From NCBI GenBank assembly GCA_965637545.1, contig OZ281495.1:25544001-25608000 (forward strand): a stretch of 64,000 nt of DNA, written 5' to 3'. A model generated the notes under the pieces. The model saw nothing but the letters and a program-made list of their open reading frames with translations. It had not been told where the DNA came from and searched no databases. Origin of the DNA: Phallusia mammillata. Its lineage: Eukaryota. Positions within the stretch are counted from its first letter, which is position 1, and each line of letters begins with the position of its first letter. Below, piece after piece: positions 12,144 to 25,224 of the stretch. The position numbers were made by a program, and so were the translations under genes.

Positions 12144-15100
12144 ATGTGGACAAGCCCAGTGCTGTCCCGTAAAAACAGAGCGGGGAGCCTAATACCAGAA
12201 ACATGGCACACTTTGCCAAGGCGAGGATCGAAAACATTGGTAAGGTTAAAAAAGAGAGAAAGATTTTAAACAACACAGATCACTACGGGGAATTTTTCTT
12301 TGTTGTTTTCAAATCTTTATTTAGCTGTGAATATATTTTGTCATCACTTTTATTGTTGTTTTAGGCTCCGCTCCGGACGAGGCCGAGACAGAAAGTCCAT
12401 CCTCTGTACCCGGTAAGACATTATTATAAGTTATATAAAATAATTAGAAGTTACTTGCTTTGTTACTAATTGTAGTCAGGGTGATTTTTTAGGCAAATGG
12501 TGACCATATGTGCTATTGTTTCACTATATATTTGTTGCGATGACGTAAGCAAGCTATGAAAACTGAAAGTTTTGTTGCATGACGTGACCTTTCCTATATG
12601 CAAAGATAAACAATTGTTTAGAAACCAGTATTTGCATTCATACGTGATTTTAATTTGGCCACATAAAGAAGCTTCTCAATTTCTTAAGATGCTTCTAGCG
12701 ACAATACCCAAATTGTTGAAAAAAACGAGCTCTTTCAACAGGCTTTATTATAAATGCCCGACGTTTCGACGTTCCATGCTAAATTTTGTGTTTTATATTC
12801 TAAGGAACCAAGTCCGCGTTTGCTGGCGACCGCCCGACTTCTGTACCGGCTCATCTTGCAAACGCAACCGGACCTGCTGCGAAAACACAAAGCAGACGAA
12901 GAGAATGTTGCGGAGTCATTCTACACAGGTTCGTAACGGGGAAGTGCTAATTATCATCATCTGCTGCCAATCACTCGTATGTACGCACGCAATCGTATAT
13001 ACGCTAGTGGTGGATGCGTCATACTCCGTGAATAAATGCTTAATGTTCATCAGTGATGTTACTATACGGTAAAATGGTAACATATATGTCTTACTGAGTT
13101 AATTGCAGAAACATTAAAGTAGTTTCTGTGGATAATAAGGGTACTTTTCCTGTTCAGTATTCCGTTTCGCGTTTTATCTGCACCATGGGTTGATAGATCA
13201 ATTTTTAATGGCGTTGTTCAATTTAAACTCGCAAATCAAACCATTAACATGTGCATATGTTTCTGTCATGTACTTTTTGCATGTTCATTTTCGTACTGCA
13301 CAAACAAGTACGCTACCACACATGCAGTCATCACACCACTGCATTAGGACTCGAAAAAATCGTGTTGCGTGTTGTTTTACATTGATCAAAAACGCCAAGT
13401 TAAAAATGCTGTGCTAAATCGACGTAAAATTTGTCACAGATGCTGACGTGTATGAACAAAGCGCCTTCGGTCACGAACTTGTCACGTGGTTACAGGCCCG
13501 TACACAACCCAAACAGCTTATGGTTGAGGACCGTGACGTCACGTCCTCTGTGACATCATCAAGGTCTCGTTGGAACGTCGGTGGCATGTGGCAGGTGCTG
13601 CAAGAGGAAGGCCTTATCACACATGGTAAGTCCGCGTCGTTTGATCGGCGACAATTTCTTATCAGGGGTTGGCGACCGCGTGGCCGAAAGAAAAAGTAGA
13701 TCACCCTTATAATGCGCTATTGACAACTAAAATACTGCAAATGGGTTGACGGTTTATTTGTAGCAAGACTGAAAAAAGCGTAATGAATATGTATGAAATA
13801 TTGCAAAGGCGAAACTGCCAAGAAATAATGACAGATCTTTGACGTAATATAGCAAGGCAACGTAATGGGAACTCCATTGCGTAGTTTGAATGCGTAATTA
13901 CAAAATAGTGTTTCGTTAAATTAACATATTTTTAACCCGTTTTGGGTAGTGAGCTATAAATATCACATGAAATAATCTCTAACATATAACACTGCTTGAG
14001 AAAACATTTTCAAGAAAAAATAATTCCAACTCCTTTATGTTTGTGACAGTTCGTCGGGAGCATTACTTCGAGGACTCGAACTACCTGTACCAATTCCATA
14101 AAGATGTCACCAATTACGTAGAAAGCATCCATGACGAGTTGCCTATCGATGATTCGAGCAGCACAAGAAGCAGCGTTGACTCGGGGTTCGGCCACGTAAG
14201 TGACAAACCTAGCTGATTTAGCCGCGGTCACGTAAAGTTTAGAGAAGACATGATGCTGTCGTTTAGCCAATTTGTCATGTCGCTGTTGACAAGTAAAAAT
14301 GCGCTTAATGCGGACATAACACTTTGCCTAGAGTTTATACACTGTAAACTAGATAATATATACGATAGAGTTGATATACTGTAAGCTTCTATAAAATTGG
14401 AATTACTGTATTTGTTTGTTCAATAAATGTACATGTTCTGATATATATTTTACTTTTATTTATGAAAACGTGTCTCTATCAGTACTTATTACAATAGAAT
14501 CTCGTTTCGCTAGATTCGGTTTTGAATTAAGTAAGGCATGTGTTCGATAATATTGACAAATTTAGCAGTCTTATCGCTAAACACACCTAAAGCAGTGCAT
14601 TTAAAACTGATTATTATCTTGCAAGAATTTTTATCAACCAAAGTAAATTTGTGTTTCTGACGCTTATCCTATTGCACCATATGTGTTTAATTCCCTTTTT
14701 TTTATCCGCGTCTTAGTCTAGTAAACACGCCGTTTACGTTTTTCCTGTTGTCCAATAAAAGTAAACATCAGGATACAAATCAGGCCCAAAGCAAACAAAT
14801 CATTTTTGATATGACAGTACCTTTAAAAAACGTTTACCGAAAATTTCTCCAACAAATTATTTTTGTAGAGCAATGGTGAAAATGTAGGGGACGATTTTCC
14901 AGGCAGCGTCTCGCGGTCTTCGTCAATCGCATCAACCACACGTTTAATCTCGAGTGAAATGTCACTTATGATGATGAACGACACTGAACTGAGTGAAGAT
15001 GCCATAACACATCTACAACAGAACGCCCCTGATGCTTTATTCCGCCTCGCTCTACGCAAACTGTAAGTTCAAAATTAGGGTTAATTGGCACAGATATGTA

Positions 15101-18100
15101 ATCCACATAAAGTTAATGAATATAAAACTGCATTACCTTTCACTGTAGGACAATTTGAAAAAAGCCGCTCTACTTTTAAAAATGAGCTCTCACCGTATAC
15201 TCTTACCAATCAAAAAAATCGCCAATCATACAGCACATTACTGTGCCAAGCATGAAGCATCGTCAAGCATATTTGTAAATTTTTGGGATCAGCTTTTTAA
15301 CCATTAAAGTTTGGCACGGTTCTGTATTAGTTAAACCAAAAAAGTAAACAAAACCATTAAGTGGCACTTTTTTTGAATTAACGTTTGTTTATCTTATTCA
15401 TTGAAAAAACGCTAAAATCGCGACCCAATCTTTAAGCAATTATACAACATCACAAAACATATACGTTCATTTATCATTCACAGTCCTGAGGAAAGAAGTT
15501 CGGACGAGTTAATGATGATATACGAAGAAATCTTACATATCAAAGCATTAGCGCACCTTTCTGACTCGGTAAGTCGATTTTAGCCGCACGAAGTTTGTAA
15601 CCGGTTGCCATTAACGACCAATCCCATGAGAGTAACCGCAATGTGGTTTTATTTACAGATCAAGCGAGAGCTCGCTGGCGTACTACAGTTCGAACATCAC
15701 CACGAATCCGGAATAACATGTAAGTTTATTAATAGCGCGACCGCGTATTATAGCTTCGTAATAAACCCATTGTGGATTGAGTCACCTTCACAGTTTAATG
15801 GGAAAACCTGTTTGAGTCAGAGACTTTCTAATTCGTATTGTGCCAATTTTGAAGTTTGTCTAAACAGTTTAAGTGGCATTTGTCACAAACAAACTGTTTT
15901 TTCTTAAACCTTCTATATTTTGTCGTGTTAAGTGTCACTTGATTTAGCCCAGCAATGTGCAAGTCAAGTCTATAGAATAGTTTTAGAAAACAATTAACTT
16001 TTTCGTTGTATTTGTTATAACACTATATTGTAAAAAAGTGTCATGAAAATTGTTTTTTTGACAAAATATTTCAAAACCTTTAGGCTTGCTATATTTCTTA
16101 GAACCGTTTCTAATAAGAAGTCAATCCCTTTGTAACATTTTTATAGTGTTTAACCAAGGAGACGAAGGCACGTCGTGGTATATCATTCTACGGGGTTCTG
16201 TCGATGTCGCCATACACAGAAAGGTTAGTTCTACAATCCCTATGAAAAGGTTACGACTTTAGTTGGGCCATTGTACTATAGCAAAGAGCCCGTCCGCAAA
16301 TGTCACTTTCACACATTACATAGTGGAACGGCCTAAACCTTGTTTTGACAAATATAATACTTTGGAAAAGGCACACCAAGCTGAAGTGAAAAGTAAAAAA
16401 AAATGTAAAATATGAATCAACAAAAAAATTTGTAGATGTTTGTGTATTGGAACTACAAACAAACACCAAGAATATATCTTTCGGTGAATCACTTGTTTTG
16501 CCACTGTCACCTTAGGGATGTGCAAATAATTTCGAGATAAGCGTGATGGCGCGCGTATTTTGGAATTAGAAGTCCAACGGCTCGTGTTTGTTGTGGCGGC
16601 ATTCTACTTCTGGTTCCCGCCAATCTTTGACCTTTCACCCCTTCGTTCGAAAGATAATCAAAAGTAATCAGTATTTGATGTTACTCCGGCCCCGAGCGAA
16701 TACTGATCCTTAACTATTCTTGAACATTACCATAAAATGCGATCTAAATATATCTTCGGAAGAAAATACGACAATAATTTGATTTTGATATTTTTTGTCG
16801 CTCTTGGGTTATATGGGTGTCCCGTGACTGTGACAAAAATCCAGCACGTGACCAAACATGCGGTTCTGACATCACTATGACGTGATATTACGTTTCTTGA
16901 TTGGTTGTTTAAAAATATTTGTTTTATACCAACTTTGCTGATGCGGCATTGATCTTGACTTTGATATTCCTGACTTGAAATGTACCCATAATTAAGGTTT
17001 GCTCTCTGCTCAAATCGTTTCTGATGCACAAGCACCGAAAAAGTGCATTCCCTTTCTCATGAAAATATGAAGTAGATATGGTATTCATATAATACAAAAA
17101 TCATTTTAAAAAGAAAATAATAAACAAATCATATTGGTCAAAACAAAACGTTTATCATATTTATTGGTTTATATGTGTTACTTTTTTTGGGATGGGATTT
17201 GTACTCATTAACTTTATTTGCCCGACGCTTCTGACTTGCTGTCACACATCTTTGAAATTTCGGCTTTGTTTGTTGGCTAACGCACAATCTATACATAGTT
17301 CGCCTTCTAACATTACAAGGGCACGAGTCAAGTTTAAAACTTTAATCTGTTATCTTCATACTAACCCGTTTCGCTGTCCGCCTAGTGAAACTGCCAGGTG
17401 CGAAGCCGAAACTTCCAAACGGCCGTTATCACATTGATAAGCAACGGGGGATGAAAGACCCTGCACCTTTTTTACTGCGCTACCAGTCTAGTATAATTCC
17501 TCTCGTTCTGCAAGCGTGTCTCAGTCGTTAACTGCAGTTCAATACGAGATGGTTGTTTCAACTGTAATTTCGCAAAATATCGTGGCTTCCAAGCCAAGTT
17601 TGGATATGTTGATCGCACCGGAATCACACGTTACGTCATCGACAGCGTCATCACTGCGTAGAAGTAGGTCATTACCGAGGAATAGTAGACGACGTATTAG
17701 TGTAGTGAATGAAATTCATCCAAAACGTTTGCAGCAAGTCAAGGTAAAAGCCCAACACCAAGGTTTTTTTTATATTCTCATGGCTACGTTTGTCAGCTGT
17801 TTTTTTTCAAAAGGATATTTTAAGCATTTCAACCGTTCTGATCTATTTCGATAGGCATTTTTATTGTTTATAGTACAACTTGTAGTTTTTGAGATCTTCC
17901 TCGACGAATGGTGGTGTTTTGAAAGTCAACTTCAGCTAGCAAATTTTCTGTTGGTTAGATTAGACAAAATTATTTTAACAAATAAAAACAAAAACGTCGA
18001 GTTTTGAAACAAAAACCCTGAGATTTCGAGATCAAAGAGAGTACGGGCGGCGACGCAACGTGGGGAGTCGGCACGTAATTACATGGTGGATTACGATTAT

Positions 18101-21100
18101 TGCACCCCCATCGAAGCGCCATGCCCTGCTGCAGCGATCTCTTCCTGTCGTTATCGCCTCATTCCCGCTTTGTACCAGTAGACTATTTCATCCATTGTCT
18201 TCCAAATCTATTAGGTTGCCGTGTTGGGCAATTACGGGCCAGTATTGAAAAAGTTGGCCGAATTTTAGATCCCCTGACCGGACAAATTCTGTTTTGGCCG
18301 TATTTACATTTTTTGCCTTCTTAGATTTCTCCCTAACATTTACTTTGTGAACCGTTAGTTGATACAATCGTGTGAATTGAACTTTGATGTGTTGATTTGC
18401 AGGGCGTGGTATGCAGGTTGCACGACGGAGACGACTTCGGCAACTTAGCGATCATTAACGATGCACCGAGGGCCGCTAGTATCGTGCTTGCTGAGAAGAA
18501 TTGTCAGTTTTTGCGCGTGGACAAGTTTGACTTTGTCAGGATTTTGAAGGTACCCATTGGTGTATATTTTGGCCAGAAAATTTGCGATCTGTCTATGGCC
18601 TATATTTTGCACATTTCTAAAATTTGTATGCTAAAATGCCGAATTGGTAATTGCAGGTCATTTTCATCATAACAAATGCATCAAAAAGCGACATAAAGTT
18701 ACTTATTTCCCATGGAAAACTTGATTAACCTGCATTTTCGTATAAATACCATTTAAAACTGCGAATTGAGTACTTGTTCGAGTTTTTCAAACGATTAAAC
18801 AATTTATCTACAGGACGTCGAAGCCAATACCGTGCGACTAAAGGAACACGACAAGGACGTTCTAATCCTGCAAAAGATCCTTGCACGATCCAGCATTCCG
18901 AACTCCCGCAACGCTTTCGAAAACGGCACTTCCCCTCAAATTCCAGTTGCTGCCACTCCAACTCGCCAATCGCACAAATACTCGATTTCAGCAGGTAATT
19001 TGCAGTTTTGATAACCTGCACTAATGATGACAACAGCGGTTCTTGAAACGTCTGCATTAAGATGTATTCTATGCACACACGCTCTCTGGCATATATGTTT
19101 TTAATTAAATAAGTTGTATTCAAAATGAAAATATGTTTTTTTGCATCACATTGTAGACGTTTAAACAATCGCTTTAGCCATTATCAGTCAAGGAACATTA
19201 CTGAACAATCTGTCCTGTCTCCTTAAAAGCATTTATCTGATCAATAAATACGCGGTTTATATAGTCATATTTCATAGACTGTTCTTTGTTTTTCCGTTGA
19301 ATATAAACAAGTCGTCCGACGTTTCGACGTCCTATACGGGGCGTCTTCATCAGGGTAATGTCAGCTACCCCTCACAGTAGGCAAAATGTTTAAATTTGCT
19401 CACAGGTACCGCTGACAAGATCCTAGAACACCTGTTGGAGTATCTGCAGCCTTGGAACATCGGGCGTCGTGAGGAAGCTATGGAGGACTTTATTATCATG
19501 TATCCCGTCTTCATGACAACGGATCATTTATGCAACCTTCTACTGAAACATTACCGCTCCGAGAAAGCCGACAACGTAGAATGTTCGAGATCTCTCAAGC
19601 GCAAAGTAGTTTATTTCACAGTTAGGTGGAGCCACATCTCATCATATCTCTTCAAGTCCGATTCAACGATTGAGTCCTTTCTCAAAGTAAGTGACTTAAG
19701 TGTGTTAAGTTTGTGCCTAAACATAGAGCAAGTAACGTTCATTGCCACAAATCGCATTGGGATAACATACGACTTTTTAAATTCCGGTTTCAATTATTGT
19801 TGATGTGTCTATAGATTAAATGCTTTAATATTTATAAAGTTCGAGCAGTTTGAATGCAGTAACGCTTAACAAACGTCTAACACTGTATATTCCATGCAGG
19901 ATTTACAAGAGGACGTTCAGCTTGATATTCTCGACAACTCCTCATACAGCCTTCTCAGAGACGATTTGAACAGTGTTTTCACCAACACTGAGACGTAAGT
20001 ATACAAGATACCACTTGCTACCGTACTAAGACCGTATGAGATAAAAACTTATGTCACTATTTTATACAGGGACATCTGCAACAACGCTACTCCAAAACAG
20101 TCGCTTATTTCCGTTGGGGAGTCTGTCCATAGAATCCAAACCGAGGAGGGCAAAGCTAGGCCCGTTAGATCAACTGACCAAGTCTTGTTGAAAGTCCACA
20201 ATATGCACAAGACCTACACCACTGTGAGAATCTCAATTTCCTCAAACGTAAGTTGAAAAGCAGGAAAAACCCTGTTGTATAAATAATGTATGTAGGTTTA
20301 CTGTTAGTCAAATAGGCATTTGTAAAATGTAAAGGCCTGTGTTTGGTATTGAAATGTCAGTGGCTTGTATACATTGGTGGCTTTCTATAGTTGAATGTGC
20401 ATGTAGTTAAAGAGTAGCTACTTCGCGTATTGTTGATTGTACATTACAACTTACTAACCAAGAGACCGAAGCTATACCCTTTTACTACATCTTTACTTTA
20501 GATTGCGTAATGTTACACATTGCCTTATTTATAGGTCGACGAAATTATCAGCGCCGTCGCCGAAAAAATGAGCAGGCCAAGCAGGGATTTAAAGCTGTTC
20601 GAGGTGCAAGAAGACGGAGGTAAGTGTCGTTCACCTTAAAGTGCGTTTACCAGCACAAAATATCACGTGATCTAAACCGGACGATTTACCGCACAGACGT
20701 GATGGAAGTGTCGCGGAAACAGACCTCTATTGCCACATCACTAAAGATCAACAGTCGCCTGTATATATGCACTCAAGAGGAAAGGGCCGCATTGGTAAGT
20801 CAACAATACGTATGTTATGTCACGTTGCTTGGCCTTTTCCGTTTAAAGTTGTTGTTTTGCAAATCATTGGATGAGTCTTATGATATAGACTGTGTCTAAA
20901 CTTTGTCATGTATTTTAAAGGGTGCTTTAAAGTGGAGTCCACAACCTTCGTCTTCGTGTCATTTGGAGGTCGTCAGCTCATTGGAAATCGCATATCACGT
21001 GACGCAGTACGATTGGGAGCTTCTGAACAACGTTCATGTGGTAAGTAATTTCTACATTTGGTCACTGGACATGGCCTTGAGTAATTTTCGCTTGGAGTAT

Positions 21101-22534
21101 TAAAATGTATCTAATCTTTTACTATTGAAAAAAAAAATAAAAAAACCGTTTGACTTCTATTTTTAGCCAACACGTATTTTTAGTTTCTGGATTAAATTAT
21201 AATCTTTTTCTTCTGTTTTCGCAAATATAACTAGTTTCGGTCTCTTGCACTTATAAGGATTTTGGTTCTGGTACCAAACAAATCAATAAACTCCCCATCT
21301 AGACTTATAGCCACCGGTTTCGTTTTTACTTCCTTGTGAAACTCTTATAATTGGACTTAAATGAATCACAAAAACTGCTATTGACTGTAACACTATGTTG
21401 CTTTGATTTAGATGGAGTTCGTGTACAAGGTATTCGGCGCTCACAAGTTTAACGGTGTCACCTCCAATCTCGATATCTTCACGCGGAGATTCAACCAACT
21501 CGCCTACTGGGCTCCCACCGAAATCTGCAGCTGTCAGAACCTTAACAAGCGTGTACAGCTTCTAAGGAAGTTCATCAAAATCGCACAACAGTAAGTAAAC
21601 GTTAGTTAAAGCTTAAAACAACGCCCTTTTCAAATTTGTTCTGACTTTCTATTCTCGAATACCGAGTTATCTTTGACGAGTTGCTAATTTCACGGTATTT
21701 TGTCTATAGTTTGAAAATGTACCAAAACATGAACGGTTTCATGGCGATGATGATTGGAATTGGAAACCAGGCCGTAAGTCGCTTATACAACACTTGGGAA
21801 AAATTGCCTGCAAAGTACAGGAAGCTGGTTCAGGAATACGAATCCATTCTCGTAAGTATATTTTCCAACCAGCACTCAACAAATCTGTCCTTTTACAATA
21901 TATTACATTCTAAAACGTCTTTAATCGTTTACAGGATCCCTCTCGTAATCACCGTTCATACAGACTCCACGTTGCTACGTTACAGTCCCCAGTAATACTC
22001 TACTTGCCCCTGCTGTTGAAAGACATGACTTTTCAACACGAAGGCAATGATAGCGTTAAAAGTGGTCTCATAAACTTTGAAAAAATGGTAAGTATATACA
22101 TTTATATATAAAAAAATATATGTTGTGATAAGTATGTACTTGGCAATGTAATGCTTTGGATTAAGATAGGTTTTTGTTGGCAGTTTTTAATCAAATACTT
22201 TTTGTATTACAGCACATGATCAGCAATAGCATTCGGACTGTTATTCAAGGGTGTGCAAACCGAATTGGTAAGTTTAATGCAGTTTCATTACTATTTAGAG
22301 CAAACTAATAATTTTTATTTTTTGGCAGTTAAATTTATTTAAGCCAACATTTCTCCCGAAGAAAATGAATGTTTTATTAACAATTCTACCCTTATGTTTT
22401 CTATAGACGAAGATCACATCCTTGAGAGCACAAAAACTGCTGAGGAATCAAGAAATTACGTCCGTCAACTACAAGTTATAACTGATCAAAAACTACTTAA
22501 CGAGATGTCCAATAAGCTGGAGCCCAAGCGCTGA
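12144..22534 (+). CDS. RAPGEF4: Epac (cAMP-activated Rap GEF): DEP, CNB, REM, RA and CDC25 domains
   Basis: Phase-consistent exons including 12144-12239, 12365-12412, 12805-12928, 13440-13625 ([11 protein letters not shown]...[10 protein letters not shown]), 14050-14195 and 14869-15062; then CNB ([19 protein letters not shown]; [17 protein letters not shown]), [15 protein letters not shown] ([12 protein letters not shown]), CDC25 ([10 protein letters not shown]; [14 protein letters not shown]; LINFEKM), ending NKLEPKR* at 22534. The 5' start is tentative. Confidence 0.93.
17549..17743 (+). CDS. Candidate alternative first coding exon of the Epac gene (intronic)
   Basis: ATG-initiated 65 codons (MVVSTVIS...[17 protein letters not shown]...QQVK) ending at AAG|GTAAAA in phase 0, matching the phase-0 exon at 18403 ([13 protein letters not shown]). 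Confidence 0.45.
19316..19355 (-). ncRNA. Minimal hammerhead-ribozyme-like motif (Penelope-type), probably degenerate
   Basis: Minus strand reads CC-CUGAUGA-A-GACGCCCC-GUAU-AGGACGUC-GAA-ACGU-C-GG: core boxes, a stem II and a palindromic ACGU stem III with a GUC site; stem I has only 2 clear base pairs. Confidence 0.4.
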
Positions 22535-25104
22535 TATTCGTTGATTGCTGGTGCCCTCAAATGTGTTCCAAATCTGCTATTTTCGAAGGCTTTTGGTGCC
22601 GCTATGGATCAATTTCTGTTACAAAGCGGTACTACATTTGTCAAGTGCAATATTTGTAAACTTTTACGTCGACTGTACGCGCACACGTTGAGTTATATAT
22701 TTAAACTGTTTCTTCTGCTTTGTAAGTTTTGTTTTGTTCAAAAGTTCATAGACATATATATAGATATAAATATATATAGGTATACATATGTATACTTGCG
22801 TGGTGTCAATAATGATTGGTCACCGTTTCGGTGGAGTGCGTTTGGGTTGCCTATTTAAATGACTCTCTAATTATTGCTGGTTTTATTTTTAAGTTAAGGT
22901 GGCTTATTTGAGCTCTACGAAAAATCTTGTTTCTGGTTTATTCATATTCTTTAATTTTGTACCCAAGTATCTTTGTTTTTACTTTTGTAATATTTTTTGC
23001 GCTGTTCCATAACCCTGTGTGTCACCGTACCCCGTGTGTGCATGTTTTTATTTTTTCGGGATAAACTAACGATTTGTTTTTCGTTTTATTCAAGAGTTTA
23101 TCTGCATTATCTTGCCAGTGTTTTCTCATAAATCGCATTCCGTTCAACTTAATTTGTCGTCTTGTTGCTGCGAGAAAACGAGAAACCAAACACGTTTTTT
23201 GGAGCCATGTAGTTCCCAAAGGGGATGGCAGAGAGGCCAGTTCGATCACACATCACATAACAACTATAGACCTACAACGATTTTATTTCCTTTCAAATGT
23301 GGGACAAAGTGTGTTTAGACGCTGTGAAAGAAATTAAGCAAATTTAGCACACTATTTTTCGTTTTAAACTCATTTTTAATATTGAGAAGAACGAAAACGA
23401 AGCCTTAATAAGGATTTATACTTCTATTGTTTTTTTGCTGTTTTTGCGGAGTCAAAATCGGGCTTTTTTGTTAAAAGACATAAAAAAAGGTTGTTTCAAG
23501 TTTTTGTATTAGTGACCGATTGTATTCTCAAATCGTATCCAGGAGTGGGCGCTGTCGAGTAACGTTTATAATTTGCCTTGGGAGTATGATATTGTCATTT
23601 GGCACCGACGGCAACGCATGGCTTGTGCAACGGTCTTTACCAACATCACTCTAATGTTAAATGTTAGTAACATTGTTACGCATAAAAACTGTGATTCACG
23701 CTATTGTCATGGAATAATTGTGTTTGTTTCAAAGACCACATAATTATCCGTACATTGTTAAGTTCAATTTTGAAATATTTACCCGATTTTAAATACATGG
23801 CGGTACAACTAGCATCATCTCACGGCAAACCGGTTGTTAAGCACTAGACTAGGGGCCCGATAGAACCGACACGACATGGTTTTGCTCATATTTTGCATTT
23901 GTTAGTTCCACTGCTTCGCGGTTTAAGAGTGGTTCGCATCTACTGTTATAAGACAACACTTCGCTGCGTGGAATAGGCTACACATAACATCAACATTAAA
24001 GTGTTTTTGTAGCTATAAACTACTGTGTCTGGCTGCTATAATGGTTCATAAAGTTAGGCTAATATAAGACTGGTAAAGGCATTCAAAGTGATGTATGCCA
24101 ACGTTACCAAGGCAAAAGAACTAGCCTACACGTGCAAAACAATTGATACCCAAAAAAGTCTGCATTAACGACTTTAGCATCAACCAAGTGGTTATGGCAA
24201 CCTAAATTTAAATCACTTCCACCAAGAAGTGATGCACAAAAAACTACTGCAAAGACTGGTGCATGTTGGTTATTTTGGATTTTACATTGACTTGTTCTGC
24301 AGTAGGCTAAACAGTAGTTGATTAAAACAACAACAAAACCGTTTACGTCAGCGGCATCCGTTTCTCAAAAAAAAAAAATTAATGACGAAGCAACAAAAAA
24401 CGCAAAAAATGTGACCAGAAAAAGGTACAGGTTAGACAAAAAGTAGCCTATAATTTTCGAAAATTCAGTGGATTTGACTTCGGTCGTATGTATCAGTTAC
24501 GCTGCAATTGGGAACCAAGTGAATTTGCAAGACTTGAGCTGCGGCAATGCTTCGACTGGCCGATCGGAATAGTTGCATAATCACCATTCGATTCAGGAAC
24601 GTTTTTGAAACTTTTCCACGCTCTCCGTTTTTATGCGGGTTTCGTACGGCTGATGTAACGCCGGCTGAAGAGGAAAAGAGAGTCAGGCTTTGGTCACGAG
24701 GCGATCACGCACTCAACGCATGTCCTGCCGCCCGGCGCACATGGAAAATTTTACAAGACAACCGAAGCTGCGTGACGAAATTTTTGCTCAGCAACAATGC
24801 GCAATACGTGCGAAAAACAACACCCTATTTTAACGGTAAGTGACACTTAGCTGTGATGTAAAGCCACTAAATACCCACGTATAATATATGCAGACATTTT
24901 TTTCCAAAAAACAAAAAAAATTTCAACTGAAATAGTATTTTGATGAGCGTACCAACATTACAAATCAGTTTCGGTTTTTAACTAATGTAGCATTTAAAGA
25001 GTGCTTCATCAATGAACTGAAAAGTAAATTTACAGTTCGATCAGCTGGGTGATGGGGCGCCGGGAGACGCGTGCTGACTGTAAACATTTCCACCACGCTA
25101 GGTG

Positions 25105-25126
25105 TGACGTCACGGCAGCTATATAA
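25105..25126 (+). promoter_or_regulatory. PSAT1 core promoter: full CRE palindrome plus TATA box
   Basis: TGACGTCA at 25105-25112 and TATATAA at 25120-25126, about 100 bp upstream of the ATG at 25225. Confidence 0.6.
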
Positions 25127-25224
25127 GGTCGTGCGCACAGCTGACCGGGCCTACTTAGTCTTTTGCAATCGTCAGCTGATAGCCCTGAGTGAATAGGCAA
25201 TTAAACTTAGCTTAATTTATCAAA

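Noticed and set aside
13531-13542. 12-bp palindrome CGTGACGTCACG (full CRE) inside the Epac DEP exon
   Set aside because: It lies in coding sequence (RDVT) and can be explained by codon choice; no independent evidence of regulatory use.
24547-24843. 98-aa ORF with a GTAAGT donor upstream of PSAT1
   Set aside because: No recognisable protein and no compatible acceptor into PSAT1; the region looks regulatory.
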